A stretch of DNA of 64,000 nt from Zootoca vivipara (Eukaryota), in NCBI RefSeq assembly GCF_963506605.1, contig NC_083276.1, positions 110,360,001 to 110,424,000 on the forward strand, given 5' to 3'. Within the stretch, counting starts at the first letter, position 1, and each line of letters opens with the position of its first letter. Below the pieces are notes generated by a model that saw nothing but the letters and a program-made list of their open reading frames with translations, had not been told where the DNA came from and did no database searches. Below, one piece after another: positions 15,301-30,300 of this stretch. The position numbers and the translations under genes are program-made.

Positions 15301-18300
15301 AACTGGCTTCATATTGCACCTCTTATCAATTAACACTTCATGTTACACCTAGCCCTCATTGCTGGCAATGTTTCATAATCCAAGAGACATGGGAGACTGT
15401 AAGAGAAAGCCAAAGCAAAACAGACCCAGAAGGAAACATATATAACAGACTTAATCACTCAGTGGATTCAACCAGTCAACAGACCTCACAATAAGACCTA
15501 TACATCCATTATAAGATCAGATAACTCTACTGACAGGAGGATAAACATGGTTACATTTATTTGTATAAAGTCTTAGCTTGAAACTTCTAAGTTCTGTCGA
15601 TAAACAGAAGACACACATCTCTGTATCTCAGATAAAACTATCTCTCCTCCCTCTCCCAACTCAGCTCTGCCATCCAGTCCACAGCTACTTCTTACAAATG
15701 GTGGGAGTTATGGCTATTCCATTACATAGCTTTTATCTGTCATCCCCCTACTAGGGTTAAGGAAACAAGGGCTCCTCTTCCTCCCTCAGCACCCTCAGTT
15801 CTCTGAAATAAGAGAGAGACGAGGAGGAGAAGGATGCTCCCATGTGGGTGTTGACTTCTATATAGTAGCACTTATCAACCAGTACTCTAACATGACAAAT
15901 TCGATGTACTGTTTTGCTCCTTGAATTAATAGTCTTTCCCCCTTATCTCAGCCCGCATGTCAGGGCACCAGCTTCAATCCACAAGCTAAATAAAATCACT
16001 TAAATCAAATCTATAAAGTTGTATGATGACATCATGGGCCAATTGCAGAGTCCATTTATTAGACATCTGAGAGATTCCACAACCAGCCACCAATCCAATC
16101 TCCTTTTTTCTATGCAGCTCCTCTACAAACACTGTGCTGAGGTCCTCCATAGTCTCCAGCCATTCAGTAAGAACTCTCTGCTTCCTTGCAAATCTCAGCA
16201 TAGTTTTAGAAGTGTGGCAATGCTCATTGTGCCACATGCTGGGAGAAGGCAGAAGGTCTGAGAGGCTAAAAGGGTAGGGGTGGTGCCTTCCACACAAATG
16301 TAAAAACAGCCTTGGCAGGGTCAGACCAAAGGTCCACCTGGTCCACCATTATGCTTCTAAACATGACTAGCCTGACTAGACCTGACTATACACAAGCAGA
16401 GCACAAGAACAACAGTCTCTGGGCAGAGGAAAAAAACCATTTAATTACCGTATTGTGGCTTAACAGCCACTGGTAGATCTATCCTGCATGAATTCATCTT
16501 CTTTTTTCTAAATCATCTAAGCTAGTGGCCATCAGGCTAACAGGAACGGCTAGATTTTATTTTATTTTTTAGCACAGGGCATGGGTACACACACATTTTG
16601 AATGCGCTTAATTTCACTTACGGCAGCCAGCTTCATCGGAGTCATCTGAACAGTCCCTTGCCCCATCACATCTCCAGTCTGCGGGGATACAGCGTCCATT
16701 TCCACAACGAAACTGTCCACTTTCACACCCTGCAAGCAAGCAATACAGTTTGTGTCCTTACTTTTGTTATCAAACAGCAAGTCGACAATATGGCTGTCTT
16801 CAAACACAGTCTTACATGAAAAGGCCGAATTCTGCTTTCAGTAGTAGACCAATGTGATTTCACACGAGGCAGCCACAAGTCAAACCTTGTAAACACCAAA
16901 CCAGAAGTTATCTGCCTGCTCGTATTTTTTTAAATAATGACGCCCATTATTGCGGTGTTAAGAAGCCAAAAAGCACCGTGACAAAGCTAACATTTCAGCA
17001 AGCGTTGAACCCATTTGTCACAAATAATCCATATACTTCTATTTTAAAATGTAGTGGCACATTCGTGAGATGGGTTTGGATCATGCCTTTAGATCTTCTT
17101 GCAGTTATGCAATGCAGAGAGAGGAGATCTAGGAATTTATCTACCAGTGACATTGGGAATGGTTTTCTGTGGTTGGAGAGCCCTTCCTTGGTCGGAACTC
17201 TGTCCATACAGATGGTTGTAAAGCTGCTATAGGAATGCACAGTCCAAAGTTGGCAATTTTTATCTCTTCACATGCATTTATCCAGGTACAGAAGAAGCCG
17301 GTATTTCAAAACACCACTATTCCATTTATCTGTTATGAAAATGCCATTATATGGTATAGCAACATGGAAAATCATTCTATCCAGTGATGTGTAGAAAAAA
17401 ATTCAAACAAATATTTTTCCATGGAAATATTTCCATTTTTAGAAATGCATTGTTTCTCTTTTTTAAAAAAAAATCTATTAGTAACATAATGAAAGGAAAT
17501 GATCTGTCAAATTTGGCAACTGGAATGGGCAGAATACTGGTGCAAATCTAAGTTGCAATTCGTTTTTTGAGAAGGATTTTGTGTGCTGGATTATTGCTAA
17601 GGCAGCAGGATAATACTTTGGTAACATCACAAGGTGGGTAAGCAATGCTGTTGTAGGGGAGATTTGTTCTAAATTAACAAGGCAGTGAAAATGACGGGCA
17701 ACTAGATAGCTTTTCCCTATAAACACGTTCAATCAAGTGGTGTTTCATGAAGTTTCAGAAAGAATGACGGTTCAAAGGGCAAAAGGCAACAGCAAAAAAT
17801 AACCTCTCCCGTCGTCTGTCGAACCAAACAAAATCTTGTCTCCTCTTATTAACCAAGTGTTAAAAAATTACTTATTTCCAATTACAACTCATCGGAAAGT
17901 AACTCATGAGAAACAGGCAATGCCAGTAAATCCTTGAACTCACAATGAGATAAACAGACAACAGATTATCCGAGCTCCGACAGTAAAACCAGGCATATCA
18001 CCGCTCATAAACACAGCTAAGCGATGCACTTCTTTGGTGTATACCGTAGGCAAACGGCTTTACGTGAGGAATGTTCAAATCTGATTGTCTGGTAGTGACA
18101 TCCTGATTTATAATGTATCCTACAAATGGTCAGATATTTCGCTTGGATAAATGGTGGTACCGGGTGGTACAGGAACATGTACACCCAAATACCTTCTAGA
18201 CTAATGCATGATGGTGGTTGGTGGTGCAGGTCTGGGTTTGGTGGTGCAGGTCTCTTATCAAGTACCTTTAAAAGCACAACAACCTCCCTTGCAAAAAATG

Positions 18301-21300
18301 CCCTGAAGGAATGTATAAATGCATGCTGGAATCTCTCGCCCTTTGATTGAATTCTGTCCTGCAAANNNNNNNNNNNNNNNNNNNNNNNNNNNNNNNNNNN
18401 NNNNNNNNNNNNNNNNNNNNNNNNNNNNNNNNNNNNNNNNNNNNNNNNNNNNNNNNNNNNNNNNNNNNNNNNNNNNNNNNNNNNNNNNNNNNNNNNNNNN
18501 NNNNNNGTACGTGAAACAAGCAAACGAAACACCGCATATACTCATTTAATAGCACAGAAAGGCCTGCACAGGTATTGTGTATGCATTGCAATTTTAGGAA
18601 GCACACTGCCCTACAATGTATGTGTCGCACAATTCCATTTAAAGAATAACATTGCCGTTTTTTCAAAGTGAAAAACAGCAGGATTAATTACTAAAGCTTA
18701 ATGGAATAATGGTAACCCTTACATTCATTCTAACATTACCCAAAAATAAAAAAAACCCAGCCATTCATATCTACACACAGTGGGTGTTGTAGCAATGCCC
18801 GCTTGCACAAGTCATCAGCAGACCTACTATAATTCATTTAATTATAGCATGAGTCTTTCCAAACGTAATCTTCTCTGCTGGCTTATTCCATGAATGCTGC
18901 AGCCTCAAACTATGATTGCACAAAAGCAAAACAGCCTGGCACATGGGTGATTTTATGCTTTCTATTCACTTAGTAGTCACCTACAAAGAAAAAAGTATTC
19001 CGGTAAGCTGGAAAGGGTCCTTTAAGGTGAGAAATTAAGGCTAGTAATCAATAGTTTAAAGGCTTTTTATCACAAACAGGCTTAAATACATGTTTCACCT
19101 GTGAACAAATGAGCAATAAATTGCAGTCAAAATGCAATTTAGCAACCACAACCATTTATGGCTATGATATACTCAAAACCTCAGTACAACTAACCTAGAT
19201 AGTGCAGATATATATCTGCATTGTAATTATAATCCATAATTAATCTATTTTCTGTATACTGCCTTGTTGTTGCACACGAAAGACACCACAGCAATCTTTT
19301 CATAAATACAAATAAAATTAATACAAAAACTGACACTGTGGTAAAAATCATTTTCCCTACAACAAAAACTGGTGACCTTCTTGATCTGTCCTTGGTAGTT
19401 GAGAATATAATTAATAACATTTTCTCCTATTTTGAACCAACCTCTGAAGTAGCTTAGGTCTTTACACCGGAACTCCCCACATCCCTTGTTTATATATGTA
19501 TTATATATGTATCTAGGATACCTTCACCTAGGGATAGGGAGCTACTGCCATGCCATCTATAGTTTGGCCCTATAAGACTGAGATGAGCTCAAAGGAGGAT
19601 AAAGAATTCCTACATAATTAAGGGCTCATTCTTAACCTCTATAATCACTAAAGAGCAATTAGTCTTTTAACCATTTGGTTCCCTCTTTGTGCCTGCCCTG
19701 AGCTTTCAAATAATATAATCATGAGAATTTGGCCCAGTGCTTGCTCCTACCATGAGACAGAGTGCCAAGCTAAGGCAAATCCAATTGGTATGTGACATTT
19801 GGAAAGCTATGAACCTCCTCCCTGCCATGTTGATTGTCAGAGTCATTGTAGGGGGTCAATGGGGGGGGATCTCGTCCCCCACAATGTTTTTGCTTGCTTG
19901 GGTCATTCCACTGGGGATTTTAATTAATGTTGAGGGTCCTTGTGGGCCTACAGCCTCCCTTTTCCCTTTGATCTGCCTCCCCTCATGCTGAAAACGGTAT
20001 TAAGCATTATCATTTTGTCTTTTAAGTTACATTTAAACAGCAACCAAATGCACAGACCAAGCTTTCAAAATCCACAGAACACTTGTAACTGCAAGTGTAA
20101 CCTGGCGGACAAGAGTCTCAGCATTAAGGGGGGGGAATTGGGCTCACAAGAAGAAGGCAAATTATTGACACTTATTTCACGGGCAATATTTACTTCCTAA
20201 TAAGCCCTTTTTAAAAAATGGCAGGGAAGGAATCAGCTGAAGGCTGCCAAAAAAAGTTATACTAATGAGCTAATTTTCACTGAAATTCTGATTTATTTTG
20301 ACAGATGCTGATAGAACCAGGCACTTCTTTCGGGCCAACGACGGGGTATGCAGGACATCTGAAAGAAATTACCAGTATGTTTCATATACACAATAAAGCA
20401 ATTAAATCAAAGGTTGTTTTGAAACCATCCACAACATGTGTCTATGAAAAAGTAAGGCTGAAGTCCTCGCCTCACCTACTTGGGAATACACGCCGCTGAA
20501 TTCAATAGGACTTATTTCTCCAGGTGTGGTTAAAGCCGCACTGTGGAGTTTTGAGGGGGGGAAACAGTTGAAAAAGGAGGGTTTACCTGTTCCTGTGCTT
20601 TATTGAGAGTACATTTTCACAGACAGGGCCAGTCCAAGACATTTTGGCACCTAAGGCAGACCCCAAAATGGCGCTCCCAACCTTCCCCACCAGGGAAGAA
20701 GGGGTGAGGGAACATCTGCATCAGAAACAAGGGAGGAAGAAAGATTGACCTCAGGATCTGCTGCCCCGGTGAATCCTGCTACCTGAGGCAGTCGTCTCAT
20801 CTTGCCTCATGTGTGGGCCAGCCCTGTTCACAGCATATATTCTTGTACAGAATAGGAACATAGGAAGTTGCCTTCTACTGGGCAGACCATTGGGTCCATC
20901 TAGCTCAGTATTGTTTACAGTGACCTGTCTCTCCAATGTCTGGGTTTCAGGCAGGTGTCTATCTCAGCCCTCAAGCCTAACCCATTTCGGGGTCTGAATT
21001 GTGCCTGGAAAGAATTTGGCAACCAGTACAGCCCATGCAGGACAAATGTTGTATGATCCCGTAGGCAAGCACCCACAACCATTCTCACTACTGCATTCTG
21101 GACCTACTGCAGTTTCCAAAGACACTTCAAAACAGTCCTATATAGAGTGCATTGCAATAAATCAATCTAGATGTAACTAAGGAATTTGCCAACTTCTTCC
21201 ATCTTAGATGTAACTAAGGCATTACTTCTTCCAAAGATGGTTTTAGCCCTCTCTGTGCCCACTCAACCAGATCTCTCCCATTTGCCTTAATCAGTGTACA

Positions 21301-24300
21301 TACACACAAGTTTCACTATCTGAAAATTCACTTATCCAAACATTAGGAAAGTAGTACCCAAACCTCACTATACACACCACAGATTTAGACAGCCAAACAG
21401 CCAGATCTGAGCGGGCAACCAAGTCTCCTTTATCAACTTTTACCAATCCTTGGTGTAACAAACATGTCATAACTCAGAAAACTTTCACTGGATGACTCTG
21501 TTTGGATAGATAAGTTTACAAAAAAAAATGTTTTTGCTGTCATTGCCTACAATTTGTACTGGGTAATAGCTCCCATTTTCTCAAGTTGGAGATTTCTTTC
21601 CCAATGCAAGCTGCTAGACCAGAATTGAAGCAGGAGGCAAAGTGTTAAAATCCCATACCAGAGTTCCAAACCAGATTAAATATTCCACCTATTTCAAAGT
21701 AAGTGTGCTTAGATTTGTGGTGCAATTTTTAAAAAAGAGAGTTTTATCACAAATCCGGCATCTTCGTATCCCAATGGTTTGGTTGAAAAAAATATTCCAA
21801 ATCTCTACAACAAACATGTGGACTTCAAATACTTTAGCCACACCTTTCTTAGAAGATGATGACGACGACGATGCTGTGACAGAAGATTTCTGCCTGAAGG
21901 AATTCTTTAAGGCACCTTACCTTTTCCATCTAGCAGACCAGTCATCAAAACCCAGTGGCTTTGAAGCCCAATGCTAACACTGACTGCATCAATCACTTAC
22001 TAGTGCCATATACATTCTCCAAAAAGATAGCTAAGTGACAAGATCTTTCCTTATCTTTTTAGCAGTTCTTTGGAATTCTTTTGCCCCTGCACTGAAGGTT
22101 GCAATACGAGGCAGGTCAACATTCCAAAAATAAAAGAGATGTCTGAAGACCAGAGCTGACCTAGTCAATGGACCAGAGCATGAGGCTGTTCCGAGATTAA
22201 AAACACAGAACACAATTCCTGAAACTGAAGGTATCCCTTAAAATAAAGTTCCTCTGGAGCTTTTCCTACACTGTTAGGGGGTAGAAGATTGCTTGTTTAA
22301 TGGTGATGAATTGTCATTTTATTCTAAATAACTTTGGCACCATATTTATGTGCATGATTATTTAAAAAATTCAGGTAGCACAAAACATTAGTGAAAAGGG
22401 GGTGGTGGAATGGATGGATTATCATTCATCCGTGCGCACACACCCAAAAAAACAAACCACATTCCATTTTTCCTTCTTTCAGGCATTAATTCTTTTACAC
22501 CACATCCACAACTTTTAAAATGCACATGGAAACGAGGTTCGTCCTTTTCAGTGACAAATTACCCACTGTCGTCACGCATCCCGATCACGACTAAATGTAT
22601 GTGCTCATAGTGATTTGCGAAAATATAACTGCTACGTAATAATTATAATTACAGTATAATTATATTGAATTGCTAGCCATCCTTCACCACGAGGTCCCAA
22701 GCTGGAATACAACCATTTAAAAATGTAGCTTTAAAATCCTAAAAATATGGATCTCAGGTGTCAAAAGCTAGGGTCTTCAGCATACAAAGTGGAAAACTAT
22801 AAAATGAAGGTGCCAGGTGCACCATTGTGGAACAGTAATCCGCAACTTAGGGGCTGCCACAAAGAATGCCCTCTCCTAGGCTGTCGCACACCCCTCCCAA
22901 CCTCTGAGGGCTGTGAAGACCCCCTATGCCAATCTTAACACCCAATAGGTGTTAAGTGATTGTCAAGATCCATTTGGAGTATCAGTCTGTGACAACTCCC
23001 AGATACCCTGTAACTCTCAGATACTCCCATATATTGTCACAGCAGCAATTGGCCTACAAATAAATGCAGTGGTAGGGACGCAGGCGGCACTGTGGGTTAA
23101 ACCACAGAGCCTAGGGCTTGCCAATCAGAAGGTCGGTGGTTCAAATCCCCATGACGGGGTGAGCTTCCGTTGCTCAGTCCCAGCTCCTGCCAACCTAGCA
23201 GTTCGAAAGCACGTCAAAGTGCAAGTAGATAAATAGGTACCGCTACAGCGGGAAGGTAAACAGTGTTTCTGTGTGCTGCTCTGGTTCGCCAGAAGCGGCT
23301 TTGTCATGCTGGCCACATGACCTGGAAACTGTACGCCGGCCAATAATGCGAGATGAGCGCCGCAACCCCAGAGTCGGTCACGACTGGACCTAATGGTCAG
23401 GGGTCCCTTTACCTTAAATACAGTGGTATCTTGGTTTGCATAAGTCTTGGTTTGCATAGGTTTTAAATTACAAACACATCAAACCTGGAAGTGCGTGTCC
23501 TAGTTTACAACCTTTTTTTTTAATTACAACCCAATTTTTTTGGATGACCAAAAAAAAAGAATGGAGGCCCCATTGGCAAAAGTGCACCTTGGGTTACAAC
23601 CTGTTTTGGTTTACAAACGGACCTCCAGAACGGATTATGGTTGTAAACCAAGGTACCACTGTACATGCAAATCTGAAGACTTTGCACACAGTTTATCAAT
23701 GTAAATTGAAATCAGGACTACAACAGTAGAGTGGTATACATATTACTGCAACTCTTTTGCAACTGAATTGCTTATTCCATAACATTTATACACTGCTTGA
23801 CTGCAAATACAAAACAAATCCTTGAAGAGGTTTACAAAAGGATAAAACAATGACATTATCAGTTAAAAACAACTATTTAAAACATTGGATGTTTGCAAAT
23901 AAGCTCTAATGTTTGCTACCGTGGTCAACGCCACATAAACTGTATTGCAAGGTGGAAAGGGGAACGTCTGTCCAAAGCACAAAAGAAGACCCTGGGCAGT
24001 TCAAATGCAACAGAAATCTATTTCACTTATCACAAATAGTTCAAGAGAGAAGTTCACTGGAAGAGAAACTTCAGAAATGCTGAGGGGGGAGAATGCCACA
24101 CCGCAGTCGTAGCAATCATCTCAAAGGGCCAAATTGAACCCGATGCCGTTCACACAACTGTTAATTTCTAAATGTAAATTGCAGGGGATGCGGGAATGGT
24201 CTGGAGGGGGATCTGGCATGGGGCATAGGTGGGCTGTAACTCTTTTTTCCACACTGTGGGCCCAATCCATATCAGGGGACAGGGGACGCCCATGCCAGTC

Positions 24301-27300
24301 ATTTGCACTGGGGAGGAAAGCTCAGTATCAAATCCCTTCCATAGCTCAACAGCAAATGCCATTTACTATGTTTGTAAACGTGCTATTTCCACTCCCCTAC
24401 CCCGTTCCCCCAGTTTATTACAGTCATAAAAGGCCTATAGATTCATGGCTATTAATTCCTCTGCATAAACCCCAGAATTTAAGAAATTCAGAGCTCTAAT
24501 CTGCTGAAACTAAGCAGGAAAGCTTTTTGTCTTCAAAGGAAATAAAGTTTAAAGTCTCCTGCAGGCATGAAGTTCAAAAGAGCCCACATGGTAAATGAAT
24601 TAAAAGAAATTCATAAGCCTCACGTGCTACTTTCAATTAGCATTTTTAAATGCCGCTATAAATGAAAATAGTCTGCTAAAGATACAATTTATTTCTCACT
24701 ATGTTTTTTTCTTTTAATGTTTGCTTAATATTCATCTTCAGATGCAAAACTGGTTTAGTTGGGAACAAAATTAAGTCAGTTTTACAAAGGTTATCACCAA
24801 TTCTGGTAGAATTATAAAAGCAAATCACTATAGCTAGTTCTCCCACAATGGCAAGCTAGGTATGCTGGCTTGCAGTACAGTAGTTTACTGTGTATGAGCT
24901 ACATGCTGGTACATGCTGCCCCATCATTCCTGCCAGGTGTGGCTGATGGGGAAGGGCAGCACTGTGGATCTGGCTTCCCAGCTGTGCTGTCACAACAACA
25001 TACCAGGATGGTGTGAGGGCTGGTTAGGTCAGCAGCAAGATCCACGGTTCTGGCACATCAGAAAAGCCAACTCAGCACTTCCACTGGTGCACCTTAACTG
25101 CTCCCATGTTGCCATCCACCATCCCCGCCCCCCTTCCCAGTCCAGCCCAGAACATAGCAGTGACATCAGTGTTGGAGGTCCAGGTCCGCAGTGGCACCCT
25201 CCCCCAGCAACTCATGGCTCCTACTTCCACTTCTCCCACAGCACAAGCAGGAGAACTTGGCTTCCTGCAGCGTTTCTCAACCGCTGTTCCGCAGCACACT
25301 AGTGTGCCGCGAGACGCTGGCTGGTGTGCCGCGACGTGCCGCGACGAGAAGGGCGATTTGCATTGTCACGACGCGGGGCGAGCACAGCTCTCAACAGCCA
25401 CCACCACAGGAGGGTGGTTTTAGACAAACTTAAAGAAGCTGGCTGGATGAGCTCAACCTGAAACTTGCTGAGCAAAGGATTGTGCTGGCAGAGAAATCAG
25501 CGGCTTGTGAAGCCTTATTACAGGAGATTGCAACCAACACAGCAATTGGCAAGTGTTTCTTACAGTCATAATTATATAGTCAATATAGGGCGGCACAGAG
25601 TTAATTTTTTAAACTTTTTTAATGGTGGTGTGCCTCGTGATTTTTTTCATGGAACAAGTGTGCCTTGGCCCAAAAAAGGTTGAGAAACACTGTCCTAGGA
25701 CATCCAAATGCAGAATCACAGGCTGTTTCTCCCAACATGGCAGGATTCACAAGCCAACAACAAACCCTAGTTTATGGCTAGCTAGCAATCCACTGGGAAA
25801 ACAAACCACAATCTCAGGTTCAGATGTCATGGGAAGCCAGTGTTAAGTGCAGCTTCATAGCTGGTTTCTCCTGCCCACACCAGCAAGACAGATTGGGCAA
25901 CACACATTAGCACAATGCTTGCTCTCAATAAAAAACCATGATAAGCCAGCAGACTTGACTTATCTTCATATACGAACACCAAGCCTCTTCTACTACCATG
26001 CAATTGCTGTTGCAAATCTTCCTCGAACATTAAAACAACCAAAAGCTCACCATTAGCCCAATTTCATATGTTATTAGATGCTTGTGTAAAATTACCATGT
26101 ACAGGAGCGAAAGATTACTTTGCAGAGAGGTGTGGCAATAGTGGCTGTGCCAAGCTGCAAGTACATATGTTGTGTGAACCTATGCATGTTTACCTGGAAG
26201 TAAGTCCCACTGTGCCCAGAGGAGCTTCCTACCTTCTTAAGTGTACAGTGGCACCTTGGGTTACAGATGCTTCAGGTTACAGACGCTTCAGGTTACAGAC
26301 TCCGCTAACCCAGAAAGAGTACCTCAGGTTAAGAACTTCGCTTCAGGATGAGAACAGAAATCGTGCGGCGGCAGTGGAAGGCCCCCATTAACTAAAGTGG
26401 TACCTCAGGTTAAGAACAGTTTCAGGTTAAGAACGGACCTCCAAAACGAATTAAGTTCTTAACCCAAGGTACCACTGTAATTGTTTTGCAATTAAATTTT
26501 ATTAAGTTTCAACACTTTTAACACATACAGTCAAAACACAATAAAAAAATTCCTTCAGTAGCACCTTAAAGACCAACTAAGTTTTTATTTTGGTATGAGC
26601 TTTCGTGTGCATGCACACTTTAGATACACAGTGTGCATGCACACGAAAGCTCATACCAAAATAAAAACTTAGTTGGTCTTTAAGGTGCTACTGAAGGAAT
26701 TTTTTTATTTTGCTTCGACTCAGACCAACACGGCTACCTACCTGTAGTCAAAACACAATTTCGTCTTTTATTTTTGTCGACTTCCCACCTCTTTTTCTAC
26801 AGCTGGTTCTTCTCCTTCTGCTGCAGCCTATCTTCTATCTATCAAATCATAACCATAGTAATTATAATCTAATTATCTACCCAAGTGTATTTTTAACAGC
26901 AGCCCGAGTGTGGAAGACACATTCCGCTAAGGATTATACAAAGGGGGAAGGAGATTTTAAAGATTGGCATCAATGATCTCCTGAAGCCTGAAGGAAGCAT
27001 TTCTTCCGGATATATCTGTAACAAATGGCCTCAGATTTGTTTCCCATTGATAGGGCTGACACATGTTCTTATGCCACAAAGTTTACATTAATTAGTCCTG
27101 AAACTATACTGCAACATTTCTAGAAACACAGAGCCAGATCTTTACCATTCCAGCAGATGAACTGGAGATGACGGGCTGTATAAAATTTCCTACCTGCCTC
27201 AACATCACATGAAATAACTTATTGTTTAAATCAGCCTTGATAATAACTAACTAAATGGTTTGTATAAAGATGGTCCCTATGATGATGGTGTTGCTGTTGC

Positions 27301-30300
27301 TGCAATAACTAGATAACATTAAGAGGTATACACTGGGAAAATCATACACGCCACTAAACATTCAGTTTTTCCAACGTATCACCGAGTCAGAGCAATGTTC
27401 TACCAAATGCACACTGTGGAGCAGGTCCTTGCAGGGAGGGACCAAACCAAAGTTCCAGTGTAGGGCTGCATCCTGAAGCAAGTAGTCTCTTCCTCCCCAA
27501 CCGGCCAAAATCTGGATAGATTGAATGTCTTCTGGGAGAAAGCTTTCACCGATTCACAGATGCGTAGGGCCTGTGGCAGCAGGGGTGGCAGATTAGACTC
27601 ACCCTCCCGAGACTTTGTTGTTGCAGCTTACCTAGACAGGGCTGGGGGGGGTAAGGTTGGAGCTCTGCAGGTTGGTGGTGCCTCTGCCCATACAGGGGGC
27701 TGCATCCCCCTTGGAGCTTCAAAGGCCTGGCATCACCTCCACCCCAATCTAATCAAGTCCTGTTCACGTATGCTGCAGTGACACAGATATTGGGACAACA
27801 GCTCCACTCAATGACTATATTCTCATCATCCCAAGCTGGTTTGGGAAGAAGCAAGGAAAAGCTGCTATTTCTTTCCCAATGTTCCCCATATCCATTATTG
27901 CGGACACACACATGTGCAAGTCCTGCCACATTCTGTCCATGCCCTGCTGAAAGAGTACCTTGAATTAGTAGCGCCTGCTGGAATGTGCCTGGGGGGTCCT
28001 GGTTCTTGGATGGATTGTGAATCATATTAAACAAGTGAAAGCTTATTCTGACAAGCCCAATATCCTGACAACAAACCATATTGTTCAAGAATGGCAGAAG
28101 CCTAGCTCCTGATCAAAGGAGGTATCCCAAACGTTTTAGTAAGAACATGGTTCCGACATTGCCCCAGAATTACAACTGAGCAAGGTGAGAGAGTCGGTGC
28201 TACAACTCCAGAAAGTGCTGAATACAGTGCACGTGTTCAGACAATTTCACCAGATATCAACTGGAATTTTTAAAAAGGCATCCAAACCTTGGAGCAACTG
28301 ATTTCCATCCAAAACGAACCAAGGTGTATTGTAGACGTGCACAACACAATGTATGCTTTCAAAAATAAGGCCCACTGAAAAAATAAGGACTACTGAAAAA
28401 TGTCATGGATCCACACCTCCTCGCCAACTGAGAAATCCACAAAATCTTCTTAAATCTGAATCAACACTCACAAGGCATTTAAATATCGTGCTTCAATGAG
28501 CATCATATCCATTCATTCATAATCAAATATAAATACCGCCAAAGTGCTTTGAGTGGTCACTTGTTTCACTAATTACTTGATTCAGACAGGGGGAAGGCAG
28601 CATTCATTTTAGTCAAAACTTAAGTTAGACAAATAGTTCAACTGGCTCAGAACTATCTATACTGCAGCTTGCCAATGTGGCTGCCTCCACTACAAGTCTT
28701 ATCAGCCCCAGCCAGCATTGCCAATGGTCAGAGATGATGGGTACTGAAATCTATATATGGAGGGCTTAATGTTGGCTAACCCTGATCTATACACTGGCTG
28801 ATAGTTGCTCAAATATAGACAATGCCTATACTTCACTGTTCCTGGCAAGTGATGCAAGCGTTTCAGAGGAATAAGGAAAGAAACGGATAGATTTGAGGAC
28901 AAAATGACCTTCAATCTGCAGGCAGGACAGAATTCAACTGTTAACAAAACCCCATGCTATATCTGGAGAAAAGTCCTGGTGCAAAGGTACAAGTGGAAGA
29001 AGCGGGAAGGCAATACACCATCTGTTCTCCCCAGTCTAGAGCCCCCTCGTGACGTACAGCAGGAAAGACTGACGGGAGGTTAGCAAAGACCCCGCTCCCA
29101 TATGGCTGAAAGGATTGGTCCCTCTGGTCTACCTCCATTGTCATCTGTGGCAGAAACACTTTCCCGCTGCCCACATATTCAGACAGTGTGGGGAAGGGCT
29201 CTCCTCACCTACTAATGTAGGTGAATAGAACGCCCCAATACGAGGAGTGGCCCTGATTGAGCCAGTATCCCTCCTGATGGAGAAAACCAATGATATTTTT
29301 CTAGAAAAAGAGTCTGCCAGAACGTACCATGAACCCCACCCTTATTCTCTCAGAATAGCAATGGCGCCTACCTGAGAGGTGCTGGAACTGAGTTCTGGTG
29401 AGTTCCGGCTGAAAAGAAGCCCTGGCTTTAGGATACCTGCGGGGGGCTAAAGTATCTCGCCAGGGGCTACTACCAAGTTTGCTGAGGAGTTTTATATTGA
29501 AGGTCAACACTCAATTGTTGCACCACAGATCTCTCCTTGTGTTCACCTGCCTCTTTCACCTTCTCATACAGGAGGAAGAGAATGGGCATGGGGCTCAGAA
29601 TACTGCTAGCATTCGAATACCCTGTGCTCTCTGGATGCAGCCTACAGTACAATTCAGAGATGGAACAAGGGTAGGGTACGATGGAGCTTGTTTTACCAGC
29701 AGATCACAGAGACTTGGCTCAACATCTTGCACACAGTAGCCTTCAAAAGTCCCAACTGTCCGCCCAGGGACTTAGGGGCTATGTTCAACAGCGTGGAGAT
29801 TCTCCCAAAGCTTAGCTAGTCATTATTTATTTGTAGACGTGCTGCCATCAAACAACTATACTTGTCTTTGTTGTTACCAGTTCAAAGAAAACAAGGATGG
29901 GAAATAGTCCAAGCAATGCTGAAACTTTGATGGTCTCAAAGACAGAATGGAGGTGGGGTAAAATTCTTCCTGAAGAAACACAGTGTGATCTTGAGCATTA
30001 CCCGTTTATCAACATGTCTACCTCCTCGCTTGCAAAAAAAAAAATTCTAATGTGCCTGCCTTTGGAAGCCTTTGAAAGATAAAGCAAAATGTCCTGAAAT
30101 CAGCCCAATCCATACTTTTCAAAACCCAAGATTAATCACTAACGCATAAGCACAGAAGAAATGAAAAGAATCTGTCTCTTTGGTACCCTCACACATGGTG
30201 AGGAGAAGAAGGGAGTTCCAACTGTGGAACCAGACATATATTTAAAGTGCACCCCATCGCTAACTTGAAAGGAAGAGGCAAAACCTGAATAGCCAACAAA

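Noticed and set aside
16562-16807. ORF-track peptides over exons 2-7 (e.g. [15 protein letters not shown])
   Set aside because: These are alternative frames of the true LDLa exons.
21166-21232. Short local tandem duplication (TAGATGTAACTAAGG..ACTTCTTCCA)
   Set aside because: Ordinary slippage-type duplication with no sign of function.
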